Part shown: positions 13,801 through 28,200 of the stretch, in pieces
Numbering within the stretch: position 1 is the first letter of the stretch
Layout: every line of letters begins with the position of its first letter
Source: Catajapyx aquilonaris
Lineage: Eukaryota
Direction of reading: 5' to 3'
NCBI GenBank assembly: GCA_000934665.2
Contig: KZ538403.1
Span: 1-64,000 of the forward strand
Length of the DNA: 64,000 nucleotides
Made by a program: the position numbers and the translations under genes
Notes under the pieces: generated by a model
Told to the model about the DNA's origin: nothing
The model's input: the letters and a program-made list of their open reading frames with translations, nothing else
Database searches by the model: none

Positions 13801-16800
13801 AAATGTACAGCGTTCCACAAACTGCTGTGATTAAAAGCATTCTGGGCTGCAATAAACATTCAGATTACCCAAAATTTCCGATATTATTTTAATATCACTA
13901 ATTCCTCGCTACGGCTGGAAATATTGCCCAATATTCTAATTGCACCAACTAGCTATTATCAACAGTGACAAGTAGCAGTTTGTCAATAAACATTTTTACA
14001 CAGTAAATAAATAAACAGGAAAATAATGATGCTGAGAATCGATATACATCGATCTTCGTCAGATGTGTCAAGAATCGTACGGTAACGCATTAAAGTGTAG
14101 ATTCAGAGCAAAACATAAGAAAACGTTATAACGAGTGTAAAAGCAGGAAACGATTATATGGAAAGAGTGATCGCCTGTCTGTTGTTTCAATCTGAGAGAA
14201 GCCACCAATGGGATGCATTTTGTGACTATCAAAAACTCGAAACTCAGGCAGATTGTACCGTTAACCAGGCCGGTGTGCAAAGGAATCTGCCCCGAATCTC
14301 GTGTCACACGACCCTTCCAAACAGTCTGGGTCAGATCGTTAAAGGTAAAAAAGAAAAGGAAAAAAAATTTATATAGATGGGTTTTCATTTGCCGATCTCT
14401 CAGCTGTGATAACACAACTGGTTGTGAGGTTTCCTAGCAATCGCATATCATCCTGTGTATACTTTTTTGAGGTGGATATCCTGGACTATGTTTGCAAAAC
14501 GGAGGCAACACACTGGGGAATGGAATATTTCCAGATGCCACACACTTAGACACACTCTTCTGGCTCCAAAATCCTCAAACCCTCCCACTTGAATTGCGGT
14601 GTTTGCTGCACTTGACATGCTTGTTTTTTTTCCTGCGCCACAGCTGCATCCCTAGCGAAATTTATTAATTGTATACACCCCTAGAAACGCAGATAAGAAC
14701 AGATATATGGATCCTTCCTGAGAAGCTGCTAAGATATACACCCACCAGGCATGTGAGAACAGTGCCAGCCGTTCATTGAGCAAGTCTGGAAAGAGACACG
14801 CCGCAAAAAAAAAAATTGGCGGAATCGTCCTTGTAGAAAAATACGACACGAGATATACACGTTAGCGAAGGTCGAGGAATATAGAGATTGCGTTTTCCGT
14901 CTAAAATTCGCACTTCAACAAGGATCGTATTAAAAAGCGTGATAATACCACTTTTTTACATGATTGTGAGAATCTTCTTATGACGTGCGAATATTCCAGC
15001 TTTTCCTGGTTTGCGTCAACCTTTTTGTTCACAAGTTGCTGCAAATATTCTTGCAACTTGCTGATAGGAAGGGGGGGGGGGTGCATCCATTTGGCGACGA
15101 CGAATGGAAATTTTCCCTCTTTATCGAAAGGATCTCTTTTCATTAGGCTTCCATCAGTGGGGAATCTGTTATTAACCTACCTGATCCCGCCTGATCTCGC
15201 GTGTCTCAGGCGAGGCCGCTTTGCATGGGCGGAACCCCCATTTTCCAATTTGGCCCTGTCACGTGAGAAGGAGAGCAGTTGGCATCCCTGATACGTCACC
15301 AACTCTTAATGCCGCCAAAAAGGCCGAAAAAAAATGATTGACACCTTTCCAGGTCGATTTGTAACATGATGAGCGTAATCGATTTCTCATTAGGCTTCCT
15401 AGAACTTAAGTCTGGTTCGTACGGTAGCTAGAAACACGTTTCATTATCACAGGTGCAATTGACGTCACTTCTTTTTATGACAATTCTTCCCAAGAACCGG
15501 AAAAACATATAAACTACTATACACATCTCAAGGACTACATGCAAAAAAAATAAATTTTTAAATATTTTCCAAAAAAAAAAACGCAATTTATTTCACAGCC
15601 TAAAAACCGGTCACAATTCATTTTCCAAGCGGTTCCTGTGTGCGTTTGGCGCCAACTCGTAATAATCCCCAACCCGAAAGATACCTTTTCCCGCCAAAGG
15701 CCAAGCCAGGATGGATAGCCCACGTTTCTTTCTTTTTGCCCAAGGATGACACGAAAAAACCAGCAAAGTCAGGGTCAAGACCTGGCTGGATCCGCCGCCA
15801 GCGAATTTTTCCACGAATGCGGAAAGTTGGCCTCTTAAAAATATTTTTTTTGGGGTGAGAGAGAAAGAGGATGACTCAAGCACGTGGGATGCTGGGTGTG
15901 GGTATGTTTCTCTCTCTTTTTTATATATAAATATTAGGAGCTAAAGATGGCTGGGCTCGTGCATGACAAATTAGATGCGTTAAAGGGGTGATGAGGGGGA
16001 CTGGGTGTGGGGAGGTTCATCAAGCTTGCGAGAATTTACATGAGCAGACAAAGACTTCTTTTCACACTTTGGAAGCCACGCCATAAAGCTCTGGAGGCAT
16101 TAAAAAATTCCGGTTGTCATTTTTTGGTTCGCTGGGGGAAGCAAAGATGGCGCTGGCGACACGTGCATAAAAATATTCACTCTCGTATGACTGGTGCATA
16201 AATTTAAATTATTATTTTTTAGCAAACGTTGTCAACTATTTTCCAGCCAGGTGGTGGATTCGCTGTTTTCAGTGTCTTATGGCTCCACCAGTACGACCAG
16301 TACAACCAGACATGCTTGTTACTTCAGGTGACGAGCCTGTCCGTTGTAAATCGATACAGAAGCCATTTACAGGGCTGTAAGTCATGTCCACAAATAGGGA
16401 AAACTGGACAATTTGACGGACATAGGGCGGGGATACAAAAAGAGTCTTGTGCAAACCAGACCTTTTCGATGCTCGACCCACGACGGGAGGAATGACACAT
16501 GTACTACGAATTTATTTTGTATCCACTTCCAAAAACGTATTAAAGTTGCATCGGATAATCCGCTGTATCAACAATATTCGCATGATAGGAAAAGGTTGTC
16601 ATACTACATACTCCAGGGGGACATCGATTATTCGCAACTTTTCCAGAAGTGGTCTTCGGCTTATTTGCCCTTCTTGCAAATTTTGGTACCAAAAATAAAT
16701 AAAAATTGGCCATCCACCTTTTTAGGATAAGGATCAATATGTTGACTCCACAGGTTGCTAGAGTGACAATTTTCTTTCGAAAAAGGGAGGCAAGCCCAGA

Positions 16801-19800
16801 GGGGAACCGGAAACGACCTAATGACACGAGAAGGCAGGGGCAAATGGATCTTTTCTTTTGCCAGGAGATGAAGGTGGGGGTACCACCACCACCTTTTTTT
16901 TCCCCCCCAACCCAGAACCCCGATGAGGGCTTCCCGAATTAGCCCGTCCCCTTTTTGCGCAATTTGTGGAAATTGAGGTCGGGAGGAGTCATTAGAGGGG
17001 GAGTCACGACCTGCGTGGGGGACAACTAGAACAATGACGAGTTATTACCTGGGGAGGGCAGGTAGGTAGGAAGAGGAGGGGAGGGTTGGAAAATTCGACC
17101 TGCTCAAAATGGACATGGAAGTGCGAGTCATGCGAATCTTTCGCAAACCGCAATATCCATCTGCACGACAACTTTGGTCACTCCCTGCAAAAATATGACG
17201 TATTCAGGGCAAGTTGCAAGAAAAATCTTAGCTTATTAGGAGATTTTTTGCCAATTTTTTGTTGGCAAAACTGACTCCGCTAAAAAGGCAAATTCTCATA
17301 AAAATAAAAATTTGGGATTTACATATTTTTAAGAGAAAAATGGCTACCACGGTGCAGTACTTACACGTATATTATTTATTTTTTGTTTGTATTTATCTGT
17401 CAAAATTAATCAACAAACATTTAATATTTTACTATTTGCTATTATTTATTAATTATTATTTTATTAGTATTTTAGTTAATTTATACACACATTCAAGATG
17501 TGTTTCATGCGAGTCACTCTGGATTGTTGTGTTTACACGCACACATACACAAAAAATCACACACCCATCAGGTTTACAGGAGTAGATTTTTATCCCTTAA
17601 TATTCACACAAAATGGCAGTTTTTTTGTGACACTTCAGAACAAGGCGGGTCAAATGAATTGATAAGTTCACAGCTGCCAGGCGGGAAAGGGCAGCATTTG
17701 GTCCGTGTGAACAAGTTCTATTCCAGTGCTGGTTCTCTCATTTCTTTTTTTTTCTGTACGGAACAAATCGCAACCCCTCATTAGTTCAAGTGAGGAAATG
17801 CCAATAAAGCAAATAAGTGGCAAAATTATTCCCATCCGGCATGAAAGGAGGTCTGGACAGGACGCCTATAATCTAAAAAAAAAAATAGGGCGCTGCTGGA
17901 GGGGGAAATAAAGCAGCTTGATGGTGAATAACAAAAAAAAAATGATGTTAAAGGAAAAAGAAAAACTCTCTTTCACTAACCCTTTTGTGCCTCAGATTTA
18001 CTGCAGGCTGGTCTTTTCACTTTTTTGTGTCTGGTTCCATCTACATTTCGAACATTGTTGTTTCAAGGGCATCCGCCTACTTCTAAATATGTCCCGCATT
18101 AATGCAATCGCCATTTCTAAGCTCATGGTTTATTCATGGCGCTCTCATTGGGAAAGATTTGGTGTAGCATGGCTCGTTTTTGTGCTCCACTGTCCCTAAA
18201 AGCAAAGCAGCGGCACTCAAAATGAGTTTGCGACTTAAAAAAACTGATCATTGTAGGGCCCTAACAAGGACAAACAATCACTAAAAACGCAGGGTGGTCC
18301 AACCAGAAATTCTGATAATATTTGCGCTGCTTTCCAATCACGTTGATCGTAGCAGCGATTTGACTCCATTCGTCAAAATACAAGCTTGGGACACACATTT
18401 TCAGCAACTAGTTTAAGACTTCAAAAATTATATTTTGGCACATAGCACAGTCAGACGTTTAAAAATATTTGTTTGGCACCATCACTGGCCATTCGTAGCA
18501 GTTATTTTTCCATAACTGCTTACGGGATAACAGTTAACTTGTGTCGAATTTGTGTTTGCGAATCTTCCTGGAATCGGGCCATTCTCTGTGAAAAGATGAC
18601 CTTTGACCCATAACTGGGTGTCCCAAAAATACAATCCGCGGAGTTGTCGTGGCGCAATTGGAAAGGCCTCAAAAAAAAAAACTGAAGGAGGGGAGTGCGT
18701 CGGAGGCACAAATAATTAGACGGGCGAGTTGGGTGGAAAACACGTCTCTTGAGCGACATCCTCCATCCATCTTCCTGTCCTTTGCAGGAAAAACCAAGAT
18801 GGCAGGAGAAGGGGGGGAGGGGGGAGGTCTCCACCAAACCAACCCCTTCTCTATACCCCCACCAAAAAGTGTTGGGGATGATTATTAGTCAGGGACCAAC
18901 CGCTCCTTTTTCTAACCTCCATCGGATGACTGGCGAGTTGAAGCCAACCTTCTTGCCCGCCATCATTAATAAAGACGTGTCAATTTGCTCCCCCAACTTT
19001 TGCCTGCAGCACCTCCCCCTTTTCATACATTTTTAGAAGGTTTGAAAGAGGGAGGGTTTTGATGCCAAGTTGGCAGCCATGTTTTTTTTCCGCTAAAATT
19101 TTTGGCGTCCCCTAGGATTTTGCTATTTTTCCTCAATACACATGAGGCTGCCATGTTTAGATTGAGACCTGCCAAGTTGTTTTTTTATTATTTATTATGT
19201 ATTGTACATTGCATGTAGTTATATGTGTGCAGCTGTTTATTTATTAATAAAGTATCCAGGCTAATGTTCGTAGACATTAATATTGACAATTAATTGATTA
19301 AGTAAATAAATAAGGGAATGTTACATCTTATGGAGAGTCAAGTGTTGCAAATATCGACCGACTTGGCCACAACTGTCCTCCAATAAAGGCTTGTCATTTG
19401 GCAGTGTTGTCACGTTTGGACGCAACAAGAGTGAGAACGGCCGGACAACTTTTGAGACGTTCGTACCTCTAGCTGAACACAGACGCAAAAAAAAACAAGT
19501 CAAAGAGAGAAAAACGATAGGGTGTTGCTTCCTTCAAAGAGTTCCCTTGTTTTCCATCGCCTTTCACTGTCACTGATTAACTTTTATCTCTACAAGCGAA
19601 AATTGCGATTGGGATCTACACCCCGATAACAACGCCTCTCGAGTCCTGACCAAGGAATACCAACGAAGCAATTCAAGTGACGCCCCAGGTTTTTCCCTTT
19701 TTTCTAGTGTATGCAACGTGTGTCTCTGGAACCTGAGGAATCGACCAGATCAATTGTTTACACATGGTTTGGGGACTCTCCAAAAATGGACATAATTTGA

Positions 19801-21840
19801 GCTCAAACAATATCGATTTGAGGGCAATTTTTTGGAGCGTTGGCCGGTAGTGGTAAAAATCTATTTTGTGGCCACTATAAAAAAGAGGTCGAACGGTAGT
19901 GATGATATTAGCAGCAGTTGGCAGAGGAGACACGCTTTTGCTCGTATTCAGTTCCGACCGTCAGTCCGTGGAAAATTTAAGCCCCTCGTTCTATACTCTC
20001 TCAGCGTGCGATATCCTATCCATCATTTCAAAACACTTCCGCCTTCCTATTTTTACAACAATTTTTTTGTACTATTCCACAGGCAGCAAAGGTGACATAA
20101 AAAAATATGTGTGAGGTTGTGTCCCCTCAACTCCACACCCTGTACACCAGTCCGTTTGGCCGATGGAATTTCAGCTGGGGGGGCTTGGGGAATGATTAAT
20201 TCGATTGGGAACTACTGCAAACATGCAAAGGCTTTAATCGTGACTGGTCATATTTCCCCGGGTTTTACCATGCCCTCCTATACCACCACCCCCACGACCT
20301 AAAGCTCGCAAGAAAACAACTGCAAATGGCTGCCCCCAAAGGAATTTTTCCATCTAAGGAATGGAAGGTGGAGATAAGAAAATTAATACTATTTCATGAA
20401 AAAAAGGTGCAGTTTTTCCACCTGCCATGTTGACAGGTGGTGCAATCTATTCGTTTTGTATACCACTTTTTACGTACCAAGTTTTGCATCTGGACCATAG
20501 AACCATAGTGATCATGGGGTTTGCTCCCCTTGGGCAGAAAATCGGAAAAACCGGCTCCGGTATCCTTCTCCACCCCTCTTTAACTCATTTCCCTTTCACT
20601 ACGTATTATCCCCGGCATGAAAGAAAAAGGCCTGTTGAAGAAGTCGCTCATGAAGAAGTGCCAAGGTGTTTTCCGACTGAAGGACAAATTGGAAAACCGT
20701 CACATTCTAATCCAACTCTGGGAAGAAATCCGCGCAAATTAATCCAATATGGCGGACCGCGCAGGTAAGTCAATGGAAGTAGGTTATAAAACTGTACGCT
20801 TTTACAGCAGGGTGCAAATTACGGCAGGAAAACCAAGAGGGGAAATTATAAGACCCATATATCACCAGGTAACGGCCATACTCATGCACGTGACAATTAC
20901 TGGGAGACCCGAAATCAAGAAATAAGGAGCTTGCTTTAATATGAATTTATAGGCCCACCTTGACCGAGCCGGAATGACTGGATAACTACGGATTATGATG
21001 TGCCCCGTAAAACATTGTACAAACAACATTGCGACATAGAGGAATTTCCATACTCGCATGCAAAAAAAAGGAGGTTGGAGATATTAGACTGCGAATAGAC
21101 CTAATTAAACGCCTTCTATTGACTATTATGAAAGGAGTTGGAGTGAAGGCTTCTGATTTAGGTGATACGTTAATAACGCCTTTCAAAAACCCAAAGTGGA
21201 CTTGTGGGTGGAGAAATTTTTTGGACCAAAAAAAAATTTAGGGTGGGTGAGATTATTACTGGAGTAATTGCTTTCCATTTCAACCCCCCTGAAGAGTTTT
21301 TGTTTGAAAACAGCTTGTGTAGAAGAATGCCTTTTTAGCCCGCCACCAACTTTTCAAATATTTACGTCGCGTGACAAGATATTATTACCGGAATTTGATC
21401 GAGAGGGCCACGCCGAAACCGAATAAGAATCGCCAAAAAAAATGCAAAGATACGTCTTATCACACGCTTCATCACAAGCCATTCAGCAAGTTTTTTTCTC
21501 CATAAAAATATTGAAGTCATATTTTGCAAAAATTCTGCCAGGTTGTCATAAATAGCTGTTATTTAGTACTTTCTAATAGCTATAAATAACTGTTTTAATT
21601 ATTTTCTGAGAATAATTTCGTGCACATTGCGGCGATTTCCTATTTTTGGGAACCTGTTGCTAGACCTTTTCCTTTCAGTTTTTTTCTTCTTTTTTCCGGG
21701 GGGTTACAACGGTCCACGTTTCGCCGCCCGGAGATTAGGAGTCCATTTCCGGACACCCTATTGATCCGGGGGAATCATCCCTTTTCCCTCAACCCATTCA
21801 AACCCTCCCCTTTTTTTCGGTTAAAAAAATTTTTCACCCA

Positions 21841-21892
21841 NNNNNNNNNNNNNNNNNNNNNNNNNNNNNNNNNNNNNNNNNNNNNNNNNNNN
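21841..21892. other. Assembly gap (52 N) abutting a poly-C run
   Basis: Run of N in the sequence; single Ns also at 28266, 35533 and 52138, the first two within G/C homopolymers. Confidence 1.
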
Positions 21893-24733
21893 CCCCCCCC
21901 CCCCCTTTTTGATTCAGTTTTAAAGTGGAAAATTGCAGGCGTAAAGGTTTGCCAGCTGCTGTCAGGAACAATGGAGAATTTTGGTGGGGTATTGCGTGAT
22001 TCAAAGCGCCATACGGAGAGCTCGTATGTAACTTACGTCTTCCCATACGTGTCACACCATCCACTGTTCGACTAATTAAAGTGGATTCCTGTTTTAATTG
22101 AAAATTATGGTAGCTATGATTTGTTTTCGGTGGGATGGGAAACTTGCTTGGGGGGGTGTGTTATTGTTGTAAATTGCAACGGAAAGGATAAATTAAGAAA
22201 GGTGCATGTCACACTCGTATCCGAAATATCTGAGTCGCACGGCCTTCGTGTTACTGCAGCAGATACCGGTATAGCACAGTGGGGATTATCACCCGTGTTA
22301 AATTAAGCTCTCTGATAAAATATCATCGGTTCATGGACACTGACCTTGGTCACCACTGCTTCCGAATTAATGTTTATTATTGTCTATAAATATCCTGATA
22401 AGGAGGAATATTTGGGTTGGCCTATACTGTAAATAAAATACTAGTATATGATCAGCCCGAGTTTCGTTTTTACGGAAAAATTCAAAACAGCGAAATTTGA
22501 CAAAAATAATGGCCAGCCCAGCCATTTTCCATTTTTAACGACTCGAGCGGATCTTTACGAGACATAAAGGTGCGAAAATGTAAAACCCAGGCTCGTCCAC
22601 ACAAAATGCGCACATTCTCTTCTCTCGAACCGAACTACATCCCGCGGGGTACATGCTCCTAACTTCCACTCATACATATCCCCCCCAAACTCCATACCAA
22701 CCATCCCCCCCTTTTTTTACCATCTAACTAACGAGCGAAATCAGTGTCACGTCGCTACAAAACGCAATCAGAGTCTTATTAACAAAACTTGTTAGCTCAG
22801 CTCATCCGTTTTGTGCCTCCCCGACGTGTGTGGGCACCATTCGCATAAAAGTTTCACTACCTCCAGGGCACCAAACGCGCCGATTCCGCCAAGTAAATAA
22901 ATTCTAGGTTAGTCCCGTAGTTTCCAGTATGCAGATAAGGAGTATAAAAATAAAGCTGAGCTGCAAACGGTTCTTAGTGTGTGTGTGTGGGATAGTAGAC
23001 TAGTAGAGAGGGGAGGGCTATGGTGGGGTGGAATCTGGCACAAACAACGATAGATCCCTGCGCACCTGGAGATAAACGACAACCTTGGAAAACGATTTTT
23101 GCAATGCACCGTTACAAGGTTACGTTCAAGGGTTCAATCGGAAATGAAAATTGCAATTGTAAAAAAAATAAATCCATGTAATCTGAAGGAAACTCTTGCC
23201 CGTTATTCCGCTTGTGGAATCGGAGAACATCAACGCTCCGGTTCAGATTGCAGCATGTGCAGAGAGTGCCAGCTGGAATTGTAATAATATTCTTTTTCCC
23301 TTGGAAGTAAAAAAAGGACAGTTGGCCAGATGGGACTGGTAAAGAAGGTGGGGTGGGAAAAAAGGAGGAAAAGGAAAGGAAAAAGGGGAAAAAAATACGG
23401 TTGCCCTCCTCCGGATTAAGTCTGCAGAGACAAAGAAATCACCGTAAAAACCCCTTCCCTCCAGGGCATATAGGGGAAACCAGGGGGTAACAGTAAAACG
23501 CATCCTGGGAAGAGGAGGAAAACGGATCTCCAGTATATGACAGGACCCAGAGAAGATTCCAAGTGTCCTTTTGCAACCAACGCCTTTCTTCCCTTATTTC
23601 TCTGACCTCCTCTTTTATTCCCCTTTTTGGCCTCACATTCCCCAAGTCTACCCCTTTCAGCCGTCACATGCTACACAGAGCGTCTATTCATAAAACCGTA
23701 TAAAAGGAAACTCCGGGAAGGGGATGTAGAGAGATCTGAAACTGAAAAAAAGATGGTATGGTAGAAGCGTGGTTGATGCCAATCGCCACCAGCGTTTTAC
23801 AGAATCAAATTCTGGAAATCTTCAGCCCCTTGCTCGATTCCAGGAGTTGATTCAACTGGCCCTCTTTCAAAAAAACGGACCTTTCACCCCTTTCCCCCTT
23901 TTTATTTTGTATTATTTTTGGCGGGAGAGATTTTATTTTCACTCGGGGGTTATCCCTATGGAGCGCTTTTTCCCCCCTCTTCATCCCAAAGCCCCTCTTT
24001 TGATAGGCGGACCCCCTCATCTCTTCAACTCTTTTTCTCCAGTCCCAAAAGAGTTGGGGGGGGGGGACCATTTTTGGGAAGGAAATCTAGCCCCCGGTGA
24101 CGGCTTGAAAAGCTCTGGACATCCTTTTGCTTAATCCGAACCCTTCTCCTTTAGAAAGTTTAAAAAAAAGTATCACTGCACGGTTTCACGCATGACTTTA
24201 AAAAATGGTTCAAAAAAGTAGTAGCCTGAACTTTAAACCCCTGGTGTCTGACCGCATCAATGCGACAAATAAATCCGCAATTGTGCTAATGCTCCAGAAA
24301 CACCGGTTATGCAAGTAGGTTAAGTGCTAATGACTGCAAAATGTAACTCCCGCCGTGCGAGAAATGAATATGGCGTAAATCATGCCTCACGCCTCTGCGG
24401 TTTTATACCTGAGCTACCAAATCAATATTGCGGGAAGTTTTCTTGAGAAAAACACACCTGACTTTTTTTTAAAGGCGTAAACTAGGCGGACGTTAAAAGA
24501 TGGCCGTCGCATGTGATTAAAAGGCCAAGTCAAGAGGTGTCCGCTTTTAATGAGATGGGGAGGGGGCCTCCGACGACTCTCATTACGCTTCTCTCCTTAT
24601 TGGGGAAAAGCCTCCCGACGTGCAAGTTGGTAGCAGCCCAGCAACACACTATACTGAAACAACCCCCAGCATCCCAGAGGCGTAATTAAAAGCCCACCGA
24701 AGTTGGAGGAGGTGCGAGGCTTAGGCCCCTCAC

Positions 24734-25208
24734 TTGTTTATGGAAATCCTCCCTTAGGGGCTTGGGCTACTCTGCGTGAGACAAACATGGCCTCCTCCCC
24801 ACACCCCCACGCCTTTTCCACCTCGCGTTTTATCGCCGCCCAAACGCGTGCTGGGCGATACAAAGTTGGTGACAAAGTGCGGCAATTGGTAGGGCAGAAG
24901 TGAGGCATCAAAAAAAATGTATCGGAACGTAGGGTGGGAGGGGTGCGTGACGTCCGCGATGGAGGAACAAAGGACAATTTTCCTGTTGTTTATGGAAATT
25001 CCTTTGGGGGTTGGGCTCTGCGTGAGGCGAAACATGGCCTCCCACGCCATCAATCACACCCCACTCGCAATTTTTATCGCCTACCATACACAAGAGTTGG
25101 GTGACGAAGTATGGAAATTAGTAGGCCAGAAAAGAGCGGAGGTATCAAAATATAAAAGAATGCCCGTGACGTCCAGCATGCAGTGAGGGAACAGAGGACC
25201 ATTTTCTG
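24734..25208. repeat. Diverged head-to-tail tandem duplication (units of about 252 and 223 bp)
   Basis: Both units start TTGTTTATGGAAAT (24734, 24986) and share ordered blocks TTGGGCT, CTGCGTGAG, AAACATGGCCTCC, TTTATCGCC, GGTGAC, ATCAAAA, CGTGACGTCC and GGAACA.AGGAC.ATTTTC. Confidence 0.85.
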
Positions 25209-28200
25209 AGAAAAGCAAAAATGGAATTCCATTGTTCCCAAACCAATAATATTGTCGATAAGCACCTCAAAGAACAATTCCTCTCCCTATTTCACTGGAG
25301 TGTAAATTCTCCCTTTAGATGCATTCCATACAACGAGATTTTCGCTTGTCGACCCCATTTTTTTCTCTCTCTCTCTCTCTCTATTCTGAAACTCTCCTTC
25401 AGGGGCCTCCACGTGGTTCGTCACAAAGTTCAGGGGCTTCTACCCAAGCATGCCAATCCATGCCCCACGTCACTCACGGCGTGCCTACCAAGTTATTTGA
25501 GCTGGGCGATGAAAGCTCAGCTTCAATAACCCCCCGCACACGGCCCTCATGGGAGAATTCCATGGTTGGGAGGTTACAACCCATACTCCCCATGGGTTGG
25601 TCAATTGGGGGGAAGCCAACATTGCTTACCTCAATTACCGGCAAATTAACGTGGCCCCGGTGTGTTACCACCAAAAACTTTTTATCCGGGAGGTGCAAAA
25701 AATATTAGCATAAAATAATCCCGCAGATGTCCAGGGCGGTTAATCAGGAAGTGAAAAGTTTTCCATAACTATTAATCCTCTTCGGCCGGGCGATGGCGAA
25801 ACTTCCCCAGTTGCATGAGCTGAGCCCATACAAAGTAACGCGCTCGTAAATCTGCATATTTTGATTACGGGTGCAGATTGCTTGGAGCACCAGCAGGAAT
25901 AGCTGTTACGCCGTCCCGTTCCATAAATTTCGAAAAGAAGCAACTGGACCGGGGCCGTGTCTCACGGATATTATGCCCGACCCTCTTAATATTGGGGAAC
26001 GCTTTTCGGATAATCGGGAACCTTACCATACATATTTTTTTTTTCAAGTCAAACCCTGGAGGGGCGGACGGTCCAAAAACCCTGTAATTAAAATCACGAA
26101 GCCTCCTTCGGATCATCAACAATCACCGAGAGGCAATGTCGTAGCGAATGGATAACTAATGATCGTGTTTCTCACCCCATTCTCCAATTTTTTTTATTGT
26201 TCGTCCAAGCAATAATTTCAGCTGGGAAAAATCGCACCAAAAACTGAAATTTCCACCTGGGCCCCTCGATTACATATTTTTTTTACCTGCTCAACCTAAT
26301 GGGTTAACCAGTGTGAATTGAGACCTGCACCGCGAGGGAAAACAACCCAGTTTTTCCCAAGCCATTTTCTTTTGACTCCGGGCAGGAACACCCCCTTCAA
26401 AATATTCAGCTCCGGATCTTAATGGTCACCTGACATGCAAGTGTTAACCAGAACCTTCTAAAAGTAGGAATATTATGATTTTTCAATTTTTTCCCCCTCC
26501 TATAGGCCTACCTGCTTTGAATCGCCCTTGAGAAAACCATCTGGATTCCATATTATTCATTCTCCTACTGCATTTTATATACGTAATCTCAGCTTTCCTT
26601 TTTAACGCCTGAGATAAGCCGCGTTATGTTACAATTAATGCTCGAGGGGCCGACACGGTGTCTCGGGATCCATTTACAAGACGAGCGCTTTGAATTCAGA
26701 ATAAGCGGCCGGTTATAAATGAGAGCAAAAGTGTCTAAAGGGATTTTTAAAATTCCAGATTCTTTCACTTCCTCTCGGTGAAATTTACATGCGATTTTTT
26801 TTGCGCTGTTGCAATAACTTCTTTTCAAAAAAAAAATGAGTCTAATTGAGCGCTCCAACGTGATGAGAACCGAACCGAAATTATTACTTAGCAATCTCGT
26901 TTTGATGTTTTTTTTGTACGACTAACAGACTGCGGGATGAGATTATACCTTCACGATTCAGTCCCAGCAATCAGAGGCTGGATACAACAATACAAAAAAA
27001 AAGTATAGGAAAAGATCGGAGCAGATGACCCAGTTGAGCGGCAGGAAACACAAACGGATTCATTCCCACAACAAACACGATTGGTAGGAATATAAAGTAG
27101 GAATGAAATCGACTGGAACATACTAGGAAATTGCGCAAAATTGCCATCGATTTTTTTCCCCCTTACTGTTCCATACTGCAATCACTGGTTACATGTAGAA
27201 ACAACTGGGGGAAAAAAAGATAGTTTCAGATTACCCCCCACCCTGCCTATTTATCACTTTTCGTCATCTTGCTGTCACCCATGGGGACATCAAAGAAACT
27301 TCGGCGTCCTAATCATCGTCAGCCATCTTTTTGACGCTCCCCCCCTTCCTTTTTATGTCATGACGTCGCATTGCATGTACCACGCTAAGGCCTCCGTCCA
27401 AAACACATGTTACAAACCATGGATAACTATCAGGCTCCGGAATTAAAACTTTCTGATCAAAACCATTTATGTATGTCGAAATATTACGCGTCCCCTTCAG
27501 ACACGTACCCTGGAAACAACACGAAGCCATCATCTTTTTTTTCCCTCCTCTCTCATCCGACCCTCTTGACTCCTAGGATTTCCTTATGGCCGGATAATAA
27601 AGTGAAATCGTCCCTGTGGGATAATAGAACCTAGGGGGTGAGAGGACCAACCTTCTCCTGTTGCTCCGCAATGGGCCAACCTGACCGGAAAACTTGGGTA
27701 GAAAAGACCGAGTTTGACACCGATTCCACCTCCCCCAAAAAAGCGTTCCGGATCGCTTCTCCTCAAAGCGGTTTTCAGGGATTATGGAGCGACACGACCC
27801 CGGAGAGGTGCAGAAACACCCCGTATATACCCGTATAGAAAAAAAATGAGAGAAGGGGGGAACCCCGGGTCTATTCACCCAAATATTTGTGTCCCGCGTC
27901 CATGTTATCCCATTGGCAGCAAATAGCCCGTGAATAAACAACGTTTATTCCCATCCGGGGGGGCACTGATGATCAAACATATGACCTCCGCCCTGCGATT
28001 TATGCCCTGCTGCCAGTGACAAGGTGGACATTAAACGCCCCTGGATTTTACGGGGTTTCATACGCGCTTTACTAGGCATCCCGGAGATGCATAACGTCCA
28101 ATTAGGTCCCCGTTACCCGGAATTAGCTGGGCTCGAACAAAGTTGGCTCCATGCAAAAACCGGAGGGGGTGTACCACAGTACTAAAAGAATTACGAGCCG

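Noticed and set aside
14901..15143. Minus-strand 80-aa ORF with EYSHVIRRFSQSC, faintly like the segment preceding castor zinc fingers
   Set aside because: No Cys/His finger pattern follows, it lies upstream of exon C, it contains a homopolymer run, and I found no convincing splice sites.
22943..22990. Plus-strand TATAAAA with TTAGT about 33 nt downstream (antisense promoter?)
   Set aside because: Spacing is marginal, such words are common in AT-rich DNA, and no downstream exon structure supports it.
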